DNA of 64,000 nt from Octopus bimaculoides. Its lineage: Eukaryota. Position numbers and translations under genes: made by a program. This document shows, piece by piece, positions 14,701 through 25,470 of this stretch. A model generated the notes under the pieces. It made no database searches. It saw nothing but the letters and a program-made list of their open reading frames with translations, and had not been told where the DNA came from. The stretch lies in contig NC_068984.1 in assembly GCF_001194135.2 (NCBI RefSeq), positions 11,232,707-11,296,706 on the forward strand, in the 5' to 3' direction. Each line of letters begins with the position of its first letter. Position 1 is the first letter of the stretch.

Positions 14701-17700
14701 TTGAGCAGTCAATGTTTCAAATGTTATGGCAGCCACTGCATTGCAAACCTTGGTAAAAGCACTTCGTTAAGGTTAGTTGTAGAATTGGTATCTAATTATA
14801 AAATGAATTGTTCCAATGGTGTGAAATGTTCATATTAACTAAAAAGAAAAAAACAGAGAAAGACAAGCAATGAAACTTCTTATTTATGCAAGAATGTAAA
14901 ATACAAAGATGAATTCATTAATTATTACATTGATATTCTTTTATTTATGATTACTAAATTTACAACTACCAAAAACTTCATTAGAAAAGTTATTATTTAT
15001 TAATCCAAATCCAAGTAATTCTTTGTTTTAAAATGTTAAATCAAAACAAATATATTTTGTATTGTATGATTAAAAATTCATTAAATGTAAATTTAAATTT
15101 GGGAAAAATTGGAAAAGACAAAATAAAAGCTTAAAAGTTTTTAAACTTCCAGTAAATCTATAAAGATTTTGTACTTTGGTACATCTTTCCTTAATTCCAA
15201 ATCCACAATTCCAAATTCTAAAACTATTATAATACACAACTTTTAAATCACACCAATTAAGACAAAAGTGATTCTCAAAACTTGTTATAAACACAATTTA
15301 TCCAAAACGTTTATATTTTCTTTTCTTTCAATTTCTTCTTCTCAAAATCATCAAAATATTTCACATAGGAATTTTTTTCCATCCTACCCTTGTACCCTTT
15401 GTCTAGTTGGTCTGTTTTCTTAATATGTTTCGTGAAATTTTACTGCGTTGTCTTACTATATTTTCATAGTTGTATCAAATGTTTAGACGTAACTATTGCG
15501 TATTTGTATTTTATTTTTATTGTTGTCTTTTTAAAGGTATTTTACGTTATTTTTATTATTATTATTATTGTTGTTGTTGTCATAAATCTTTTAAATTTAT
15601 CTTTCAAACTTATTTTCTTTTAATCATTTTCTAAAATAAAAATTATTTTAATAACTTTGTTTCTCATTAATAATTTATTTATTATTGTATTATTATTATT
15701 ATTAATTTTACATCAGTGCATTCAATAAATACTTTTTTTTTTACATATTTTTAATATTTTTGCATTAGAGAATCCATCATCCACTTTTCATGTATTTTAA
15801 TTTTCTACCTACAAAAGCACGTTTCACATTTTCTTCAATTTAAATTTCTTTGTATTGCTATTGTAAATATTTTATCCTCTCTACCATATTCCACCACCTC
15901 CTCTTCCTCCTCCTCCTTTTATTCCACTTACTGCACCTCAGTAACTGTCTTAACTTTTGCTGCACTGTAGCTATCGCCTAAATTTCAAGCTCTATAAATA
16001 TAATTATTTTATTTGTCTTTCTCCATATTTTCATTATAAATTCTGTTACTTTCATTTTGGATCAACTTTGATAGCCACTTTCTCGTTGTTTTATGACAAT
16101 TCATCTTCATTTCACTTTTTTTCTTATCATATTCTGTTTAGTGCCTCATAAATTGCCAGGGTTTCATGCTAGTTTTTACCCATGATTGACACTTTGATTC
16201 AAGCAGAAAACAATCATTTTTCTAACATTCAGTAATTTAAAAGATTCTTTTCAATAATTTTTTTCATAGTAAATTTTCTCTGGACTTCCTGCTTTCAGTT
16301 TATTCATTCATTTATTTATTTTAAAATAATTCAGTAAAGACAATCATATTCACAACATATTTATCATGCATGCAATATAAAGTCCACCACAATTATTAAT
16401 TTAATAAAATCAGTTGTATTATTTAATAATGGAATTGTATTTGTCTGGCAGAAGACTTGATCTGGAGAACATGTGTTGAAACTGAAGTAACTGCATTACA
16501 AATGAGCTATTTAATATGCAAAAAAGTTGTTAAATTCACTTTTATTTTAGAATAATTTCATGATGTGTCAAACCTTCTGTTGTGGAACTATAACCTGGTC
16601 ACTTACCATTCTACAGTGGAATTGTCTCAGTGACCAAGCTGCAGTTGTGATTGGAAAATTTTGATACCTCATTACATAAATTTAAAATGCGTTTAACAGC
16701 ATTATGTTTTATTAAACGGTTCTTCCATGATGTAGTTGCTATTTAATCATGATGATCATTATATCATTGACACTTTATCGTCGTCGTCGTCATCGTTTAA
16801 CGTCCGCTTTCCATGCTAGCATGGGTTGGACGATTTGACTGAGGACTGGTGAAACCAGATGGCTACACCAGGCTCCAATCTGATTTGGCAGTTTCTACAG
16901 CTGGATGCCCTTTCTAACGCCAACCACTCAGAGAGTGTAGTGGGTGCTTTTACGTGTCACCCACACGAAGGCCAGTCAGGCGGTACTGGCAACAGCCACG
17001 CTCATCTCGCTCGAGAAACCTCATGTGTCACCCGCACAAGAGCCAGCCCAGGGGCACCAGCAACGATCCCGCTCGAAAATCCTACAACGTAAAAATTTAT
17101 ATGACACAAATTTCAAGTTTAAACTTCAACAATAACCGATGCGTCACTTCTTACTATTTGCCAATGTTGTTCTCTTTGAATGAAATCTTTCCAAAAAACG
17201 TTTCAGTGTTCTATGCGTTAAAGTAGTGGATTGCCAGAATCGTTATATTGTTGGACAAAATGCTATGCAATATTTAGTTCTGGCAATTTACAATCTGAGT
17301 TCAAACTCTGCCGAGATCTTTTTATTTATTATTATTCTGGTGACAATAAAGTTCCAGTCTTGTACTGGGACACATGTGTCTCCCAAGCTGAGAATTTTTA
17401 TTAAATCTTCTCAGTTTTGCTTTACACTTTAAAGCTAGATGTGGATGTAGACCCCTGTGGTCAATAATACTGACATGAGGAAAAATGAACTCCAGGAATT
17501 CTTAAATTTGAAAAACATGAAGTTAGAATAATACCACACAAATTCTGTAAACAGCAGGATATATGACATGTTCATTATCATGCCTAACACAATTCAACAG
17601 ATCTGTGACATTATTAACAAAGTTTTCACATATTCATCAGACAATGTGCTAAAAGTACCAGTCTAAAAGAACTTAGTTGATCATTAGTCAGATTGTACAA

Positions 17701-20700
17701 TGAAAGAAATAGGAATTCATCATTTCATTGTTAGGATCACATCATCCCTTGATTCCTTCCTGACTGGTTTATCATTAATAATCTGGTTTTTCAACAGGAG
17801 TGTTTCAGCCAATTTGCTGTTTTACACTTTATCTCTTGTCACTTGCAGTCATCCCAGGAAAATGAAGAAGAAATCTACTCAGTGGAGCTGCACCGAGGAA
17901 CTCGTGGTTTTGGCTTCTCAATACGTGGTGGCCGGGAGTTTAATAACATGCCTTTATACGTCCTCCGAATTGCTGATGGAGGAACTGCTGATTTAGACAG
18001 CAATCTCAGGGTTAGATCAAAATACTTACTTTCCGATATCTAAACAAATTAATTTCTTTTATTATTATTTCTAATCCGATTATGAATATACTGAAAAATA
18101 TTATCTTCCGTTAATTCTAACTTACGTTTTTGCTTATCATTTAATTCTTTGTTAGAAATAATTACACTTCAGAATTTTTATTTTCTTCTTATTTAAAGAA
18201 ATTAGAATACTTGAAAATTACTTTCATGATGAGGTTTTCTTCTGCGCTTTAGTAATATTGTCTACCATACCTGTTATTAATGAGCAAGTCATTACTTTCA
18301 CAACCCACACACCCATACCATTCTGACTAGCAACGGAAATGCAGTTACAGGACTTTAGACTTTAAAACAGGCAAAATGACTACAGTAGATTTCATGCCTT
18401 TTTGTAAATATATTTTGGTCATCAATGTACTTGAATGCAGTGATAGAAGTGTGCTGATTAATTGGTTTAAATTTATGTTCTAATTAACCATTCAAACATG
18501 TTAAAAATAAGAGCTTATTTGAGCCAATTTTGGTGACTAGGGAAATTAAGTCATGGAAATTTAGATACAAAAGAAAATTAAATAAAATTACCACTTGCAG
18601 TAAATAAACTGTTGCTCATCACATTCGCACTACATGACTAGAAAGTACCACTTGATAGTTAGTGCAATGGCCAACAGCTTTACATGAAATGTATAGTAAG
18701 AATTTTCTAATATATTTCATTGTTTTTAATGGTCCTAATATACCTTCTGAATACATTGGACTTCGAACGACATTGTAAATATTTATTGTTGCTTGTTGAT
18801 AATGTATGTACAGAATGAAGTTCCATTCTTAGTTAGTGAACTAATAAAAGTTAAAGATATGGGCTACTATTTCTAGCATGTTTTTCTATGAAACATTTTC
18901 ATTGGAAATAACTTCACTAACACTGGTTTAAATCTGACTATTCAGTAATTAGAAAGGATTATTTTAAAATAGTTTATTTCATAGTTTTATATTTAGTATC
19001 AGTGAATCTTATTAAGGAAAATGTTACTTCCTATAAAAAATAGAGCATCCTTATTTCCAATTTTCTTTACTTTCATAGATGAGATGTTTATCTAATTTTC
19101 AAACTATACATTTTTACTACCAACCTTGCTACTACGTTGACACATCTGTATCTGTATAGGCTTCGTTTTCATAGTGTTTTGATTTAAGTAACTGTACTTT
19201 GTATTTTAGCTGTCACCATTTCGTCAGTATACTTTCACTAGAAAGAATGAAATTATTTCGTTTACCTAGCATGTTCTTATATGCCATAGCAAATTGTCAT
19301 TATGTAAATATCTTGGTTAAAATGATTTCTCCCTGTGTAGAAGCTGTTAGAGGAGAGAGAATGAGAAAAGAGGAATTTAGCCTGCAGAGCTCAGTTCTCT
19401 GCCTACTTCTAGTTATTATAGTTCTTTAAGCATTAACAGAGGAGTTTAAAATCAAATGACCATCGGAACTCCTGTTTACTAATAACATATTTCTCATACA
19501 TGAATCAAAGATTTAGAGAAATTCCAAATATGGGAGCAAACCCTAGAATGGAGAGATTTCCAAGTAAATCTAACAAAAAGTTTTCGTTTTCAAGAAAGAA
19601 AGCAAAGTCATCTCAGAAATGGCCATGTTCAGTATGCAGAGAAGAAGTAGGAAGTGATTCCATATGGTGTACCCAGCCTAAACTATGGATACACAAGAAG
19701 TGTAGTGGGATCAGAGTAGGCTGGGGAAAAAGGAAGACTTCATATGTGACAAATGTGAAGGGAGTAGTTTACAGGAAAAACACTGATGAAATAAATTCTT
19801 TCAAATGCTCAGAAGGTTCCGTAGAAGTTGTCAGCAGTTTCTCTTATCTTACTCTACAGTAGAGATCAATGCTCTGAAAGAATAGGAAACAGTAAAATTG
19901 AGTGTGGCAACAAAAGGATTCTCTCTTTGAGTATGAGCAGATTTGTAGCATGTATGATGCTTGTGTGGGAAGTATGCTGTTATATGATAGCAAAAAATGG
20001 ACATTAAATGCCAAGGATGGAAAGAGATGAAATGAGAAAGCTTCACTGGATATGTATTAATAACATGTATGAATTGTGGAGCACAAATGAGCCAAGACAA
20101 AATCAGTCTGCAACAGGAAATACTGCACTTGGAAGATGACAACTACCATGAGAGCCACATAAAAGGAATGTGTGGGAGAAGATAACATGACAAGAAATGG
20201 TGAAAGCTGATCTCAGAATGTTGAACCTCACAAAGGATATGTTGAGTGACCACAATAAATAATGAGATGGTGTGTCCAATCTATACAAGCATAGAAAAAT
20301 ATTCACGATTAATCATGGATATTGCTATGTTTCCTACAACCTCACCATATGTTTTATGTATGGTAACAACCTAACCTGCGGTGTGTGTGTGTGTGCATGC
20401 ATAGTGTATTTACTTGTGTATAAGTCACAGTTTTGTTCTTGATTTTAACTAAGAAAACTGGGATGCAACTTATACATAGGATAAAGATGAAAATTATGAA
20501 GGGGCAAAAGTTTGTAAGAAGCCTTAACAGTAAACTAAGGATGTCCCTTACACACAAGTAAATACAGTATATCTATGTTTGTGATGTGGAAAATGAGTAA
20601 AACATGGGTTTGTGAAGAAGTCTATTTTTCAAATGCATGGAATTTTTTAAAGAATATAGATGTTTTGTGGAAAAACGTTGGAAGGAAAGTACCTTCTCTC

Positions 20701-22288
20701 GTTCTTGGATTGAGAGATGTCCCACTTGAGGGTAGATTTTTTTTCTTTATTTCTTTTGTGTGTTGTCTTAGATTTCTTCTCTTTGTTGTTTTATCAATAA
20801 ATACTTCACTATTCTTGCTTGCTCTATTAGTAAATATCTTAATGCCTTTGTTATTTTGTTTTAGCAAATCCTTGTAATTTGTCAAGGCAGTTGCTAAGTC
20901 ATTTTGATGAAATTTAGAACCATGATTTTCTGTATTGTCACTCCAACTCCCTCAGGTTTAAATTTTACCAGTGCTGACATTGCCTTTCACTCTTCCAGGG
21001 ACAATAAAGTGCCAGCTAGGTACTGAGTCAATTTAATCAACTGCAATCCTTCTTCAGAAATACAGCCTTTTGCTAACATTAGAAAGTGTTATTGAAACAA
21101 GTTTTAAATTATTGTTATTGTATTATTGTTTCAGGTTGGTGATCAGATATTGGAGATCAATGGATATAATACCAATAATATTACACACCAAGAAGCTATT
21201 GATATCATTCAAAATGGAGGCAATTCTGTACAGATGTTAGTTAAGAGGACTGGTAAACCACCGCCTAGTTTTGGTAAGCCACTTTTACTATTATAATTAA
21301 CATGCTGATTAACTCTTGACAAATTTTGATTAGGAAAAAAAAAAAAACTTTCCATTTGAAATGTTATAAAGGTGTATACAATAATGTTTAATATTTTCAA
21401 GTCCTTCACTGCAAAAACAGAATTTCAGAAGGCTGCAGCTCTAGAAAAGAAGGGTTTAACAAAGTTTGATCAGGGGAACATAGGTGGGAAAAGAGGTAGA
21501 CACATTGAAAAGAAGTAGTTTGTAGTTTGTATCTGCCATGACTGCTGTCTTACTTGGCTTGAACAAGAGGGGTCTGAGGACTGATACTTGATGAACTCCT
21601 ACTTCTACCATGAACTCTTCACTGTACTTGTTGCCAATCCTCACTTACTGATAGATAAAGGATCAAGAGACCTTGTCAAAGGCTTTCTTCAAGTCAACAA
21701 ATGCCAAGTACAGAGGTTTGTCTTCGGCTATGTATTTCTCTTGCAGCTGCCTTACCAGAAATATAGCATCAGTGGTGCTTCTCTCTGACACAAAACCAAA
21801 CTGCATTTCATCTAAATTCTCTCCCTAATTAGTTGGGCTATGACCCTCTCCATAACTTTCATCACCTGATCCAACAATTTGATACTTCTGTAATTATTCC
21901 AATGTAAGGCATCGCTTTTATAAGCTACTACTAGGTTCTTGCTGTGAAGACATATGTCTAGGCAGGTTTTTATAATATCCTGTGTCACCAATCCTCAGGT
22001 TGTGAGCCATGTGCTCTGAGACTGTAGATTGCTTGGAGATTTATCATGTTATAAAAGCCTGCCTAGACACGTGTCTTTATCAGTTGATATATAATTTCAT
22101 AAAATATGTTTTCCTCTATTCCAGATGGCTTACCCTCCCCAACAAGCAGGACACCAGGCACTCTCAGTATGGCTAATGGGCCCATTGGCCACAGCTCCCC
22201 TCATATGGGAAGACGCAAGAACCCAGAACGTCCATCTGACTACTTTCCAGAGTACAGCACTTATTCCCGTAATTATCCAAACTATTGA
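1049..22288 (+). CDS. MAGI: MAGI-family PDZ scaffold protein (membrane-associated guanylate kinase, inverted), 3' part of gene; join(1049..1083,1985..2091,2830..2899,17849..18010,21135..21273,22125..22288); 5' exons lie upstream of the window
   Basis: All six exons have AG/GT boundaries and compatible phases (1/0, 0/2, 2/0, 0/0, 0/1, 1/stop). The last PDZ domain YSVELHRGTRGFGFSIRGGREFNNMPLYVLRIADGG...VGDQILEINGYNTNNITHQEAIDII matches the characteristic last PDZ of MAGI proteins (GFGFSxRGGREY/F). Confidence 0.88.
1985..2091 (+). CDS. MAGI: MAGI exon (SSAGSMINAMAYPAISESDISHRSDHSPYHQPTNE-R)
   Basis: ttattttag|AGTTCT...GAACG|gtaagt. Open frame with higher GC than the flanks. Confidence 0.75.
2232..2383. 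mobile_element. Tigger/pogo-like MITE
   Basis: About 29-bp TIRs (tactgtattttaacatgtataaggaaccc / gggttccttatacatgctaaaatacagta, one mismatch) with TA ends. Confidence 0.8.
2830..2899 (+). CDS. MAGI: MAGI exon (R-YSTTQHAERPKDMSRPPRIQNHQ)
   Basis: ttttctccag|G TAC...CAA|gtaagt. It bridges the phase 2 end of the previous exon to the phase 0 start of the PDZ exon. Confidence 0.75.
7904..8317. other. Assembly gap (N run)
   Basis: Run of N next to a TA microsatellite. Confidence 0.99.
8318..9313 (-). mobile_element. Tc1/mariner DNA transposon, inactive, truncated by an assembly gap
   Basis: HTH N-terminus MTDLSDFQRGQIVGAR and DDE segments TVKHGGGSVMIW, DDNAPIH and QSPDFIIIEH. The first catalytic D is mutated (FSNES) and there is an in-frame stop. 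A Tc1-type terminal sequence ends at about 9313 next to a TA run. Confidence 0.88.
11738..11790. repeat. (AAT)n microsatellite; other simple repeats at ~360-400 (CA/TACA), 9314-9370 (TA), 23773-23800 (TA), 25141-25170 (AAT), 40097-40160 (CA/TA), 52058-52105 (GT)
   Basis: Directly visible tandem repeats. Confidence 0.9.
12410..12581. mobile_element. piggyBac-like MITE, degenerate copy of the 44921-45140 family
   Basis: It shares the internal sequence actaaattctttattattttcaaaat...gaaacaaa with 44921-45140 and ends in gaaagagttaa. Confidence 0.6.
12883..13195 (+). mobile_element. tRNA-derived SINE, head V + tail X
   Basis: A/B-box-like head, central tgtgtccttgagcaagacac, tail aagggtacacgtgtctgtggagtgctcagccac. 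TSD-like atatga(c/t)actaa. Confidence 0.8.
13505..13766 (-). mobile_element. tRNA-derived SINE, head V + tail Y, nested in another SINE
   Basis: The reverse complement shares its head with 12883-13030, and the tail is gatggactggtgtcccatccag. TSD tcaaatagaat flanks it. Confidence 0.75.
13985..14445 (-). mobile_element. RTE-like LINE remnant (RT C-terminal region)
   Basis: LERNEASMFRWMCNVS...RRLCWYGHV is typical of the region downstream of the RT domain. Confidence 0.8.
16785..17085 (-). repeat. Abundant interspersed repeat with (GAT/ATC)n tail (family C)
   Basis: cgtttaacgtccgctttccatgctagcatggg...ctacagctggatgccc core, repeated at many sites in the window. Confidence 0.8.
17849..18010 (+). 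CDS. MAGI: MAGI exon, N-terminal half of last PDZ domain
   Basis: cttgcag|TCATCC... encodes SSQENEEEIYSVELHRGTRGFGFSIRGGREFNNMPLYVLRIADGGTADLDSNLR, donor gttaga. Confidence 0.92.
19490..20290 (+). mobile_element. RTE-like LINE remnant with Cys/His finger (CSVC...WIHKKCSGI)
   Basis: Degenerate ORF2 fragments: KWPCSVCREEVGSDSIWC, EVVSSFSYL, LLYDSKKW. Confidence 0.7.
21135..21273 (+). CDS. MAGI: MAGI exon, C-terminal half of last PDZ domain
   Basis: tttcag|GTTGGTGATCAG encodes VGDQILEINGYNTNNITHQEAIDIIQNGGNSVQMLVKRTGKPPPSF, donor gtaagc. Confidence 0.92.
21410..22070 (-). mobile_element. LINE RT remnant
   Basis: EEFMVEVGVHQVSVLRPLLF corresponds to the RT motif GVxQGSVLSPLLF. Confidence 0.7.
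22125..22288 (+). CDS. MAGI: MAGI terminal coding exon (DGLPSPTSR...YSRNYPNY*)
   Basis: ctattccag| acceptor with phase-1 entry. In-frame TGA at 22286-22288. Confidence 0.8.
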
Positions 22289-23767
22289 AGAGATCCACCA
22301 TCTTTACTCTTGTCATGAACTCATCACTGCTGCAGCCGAGTATTTAGAAAAGGGCTGTGACCGGTCGAGGCGACATATTTACGAGAGCTGCCAGCAGCTG
22401 TCAGATGAAACTGGGAGACAGGACAAAAGTCCCTTAACCTTGTTGTGATAAAATATTTCTGTATTGTACAAAAAGCAAAGGAGTTGAATGCAGAAATAGA
22501 TGATAAAAATATGATTATATATAATCAAGAAGTCTTACCACTTACACAAAAAACAAAAAAAATTTACAGACAGAGCTCTAACAATGAATCTTACATATTG
22601 TTGTAAGACATTAAACACACAATTTTATATCAAAATTTTCCTTGAAAACAAAAGGCTCTGGGGATATTTTGTTTATATTTTTTTTTCTTTTAAACAATTT
22701 TTTTTTACTATTTTACATAACAATTTAAAAACAAAATTTTTATTGCATTTATTATTATTATTGTCGTTGTTGTACCTTTTGATGGCTATCAAGGTGTAAC
22801 AGTAAGTTCCCTGCGAGTTAAAGTCAATGACAAGATTTCAGTTACCAGCAGGAACTATTTCACTTACATCACCAATGCCCTTGAGAAAGCATGAACATCA
22901 CAACTGTACACTTCCCTTTCTTTATTAATCTGAGGCTTCGTGCCCATATTACTATTATTATTAACCTTGGCCATGTGCCTAAATTAGAAACAATTATTAT
23001 GAATATTATTATTATTAGGGATTGACAGAATCATTAGAGCATCAGACAAAATGCTTTATAGTATTTGTTTGAGCTCTTTGTGTTCTGAGTTCAAATTCTG
23101 CTGAGGTTAACTTTGCCTTTCATCCTTCCAGGGTTGATAAAATAAAGTACCAGTCAAGTACTGGGGTCGTTGGTATCGACCGAACTCTTCTCTCTCTCAA
23201 AATTGTGGGCCTTGTGCCTAAATCAGATACAATTAATATTATTATGAAATCAATATTGTTTCACCATGTACAAGAAAGAACATGATGAAACAAACAAACA
23301 TGAGCAGATATGGTGGTTTTGTATGAATGTATATACCATTTCTGGAGTAGATCTTGTATTTAACTGTATAAACTGCCATTTTGTCCAACTGGTTCAAACC
23401 AACATTACACATGGACATAATAGTTTATTGATGATGTGTTTTAGAATCTACCGGAAGTGGACATAGAATCTACCGGAAGTGGACATAGAAAATAATCCTC
23501 AGATACCAAACTGTATATACGCACATGCAGTCATGAAGGAAATATAAATTTCCTAATTAAATAAGTAATAATTTTTTTTTTTAATGGCTTCAATACTCTC
23601 CATTTCAACTTAGTTGGTTTTGATTAGTCCTATTTTTGAAATATAACTCATTCTTAAAACTTGTGACTGGAAAATTTTTTTATACACATTTGATGTGTGG
23701 ATGTGTGTATACGTGAGTCTATACGTACGTCTGTGTAAAAAGAAGAAAAAAACAGCTGTAAGTACTC

Positions 23768-23810
<43 letters not shown>

Positions 23811-25434
23811 GTAGATATATACAGACAATGTGTGTATTTAATTAAAATTGCTGATGATTTTTTTTTTCCAAATGTAAACATGAATCTATATTTTCATTTA
23901 ATAATACCTGTGCACTGACAATTTAAACCAGTCGACTTATAAGACTGCAATTATTCTATATAATTGAACAATCCAAGTATCAGCTCACTTTTAATTCACC
24001 TGACCTTTATTAGCTTTCTTACTTGCATACTGGTTGTAAATTCTAAATGTTGACTAATTTTACCCCATTAGAAGTAAGTTTGAAAACAAAATTACTATGT
24101 CTGGTGGTGAAAATATACAAAAAAAAAAAACAACTAAAAAAAACACAAAAAACTACACAGCCTTACATTGAATCTCAAACTGTTTTAATACTAAAATCGA
24201 AGGGTTTTCTCCTTGTTATTTTTAACATAATACCAGTTATTTAAGAAAACATTACTGCTGTAATTTGAACCAGCATTGTGATGATAATGTTCAGCTACAA
24301 TTCAAGCCAATATGCTGATATTTAGCATTATGTTGTCAGAGACTTTCTTCAACATCTTGGCTAGAATTTAACATATCAGTATATAAAACAAAAAGAACGC
24401 CTACTGTTTGAGCTCAATATCAGCAGTATTTAAAACTGGGTGCTGTGCACCTTAAATTTCAAAACAATTGAAGTAATGTTTAATAATCCACTTTGTTTCT
24501 TTCTTTAAATCTTATTCAAAAATTCTGCTGTTATTAAAATATCATTGATAACATTTACATCAAAATCACTGGACAAGTGGTACGAAGGGATAGCAGTGAG
24601 TCTGTTTGACTGGATGGTTCCTATTATTCAATATGACAATAGTACAAACTTAACCTACAAGATGTAGTAGTACCAGAACAGTAGCACTGTAGCATTAGCT
24701 CTGTAGACAAAACTGCTTTAAGTTGAAACATTTTTTTTTTTCCTTCAAACTGAATTATTTCAAAACTTGATAGTAGACCTAAACTTTATTCAACACAAAT
24801 CAGCCATATTTTCCCCTTTCACAGAACTCTAAAATTATTGAACATATATATTTAAAAAGGTTTTTTTTTTTGTCATATTTTAATTCCTTATTTTCCCAAA
24901 TATGTATGCTGTCTTTTAATTTGATTTTTGTCCACTTCTGATCATATTAAATTACAAAGAGCCTTCAAAAGCATCAAGGAACAAAAGAAAGGGACGCACC
25001 TTTTTCCTACATCATAATAATCTCTTTATAGTATGACATTTTAGTCTTAAAAAATATTTCATCTTTTCTCCTCCTTTTTATTAAATAATTATAAAAGTTT
25101 ATTTCACTATTTCAAACATTATAGATCATATATGACTTCTTATATTATTCATCTCAATCTATAATAATAATAATAATAATAATAATAATTTTCATGAGTT
25201 CTATGTAATCTTTCTCTTAAAAATATTTGATTCCAAATGCAATCTTAGCCATGAGGAAAGTACCTGCATTCAGAGTTAAGATTTAAAAGAAAAGTGAAAA
25301 TAATTTAATTTGCAACACTATAAAACATATGAGTCCCATCGTTCCAGTACTTTAAACAATCATGTTTTTAATGGCTCATTTCAAATGTGTGTAACTATAT
25401 ATATATATAGTGTGTGTATGCATGCATATAAAAC

Positions 25435-25470
<36 letters not shown>

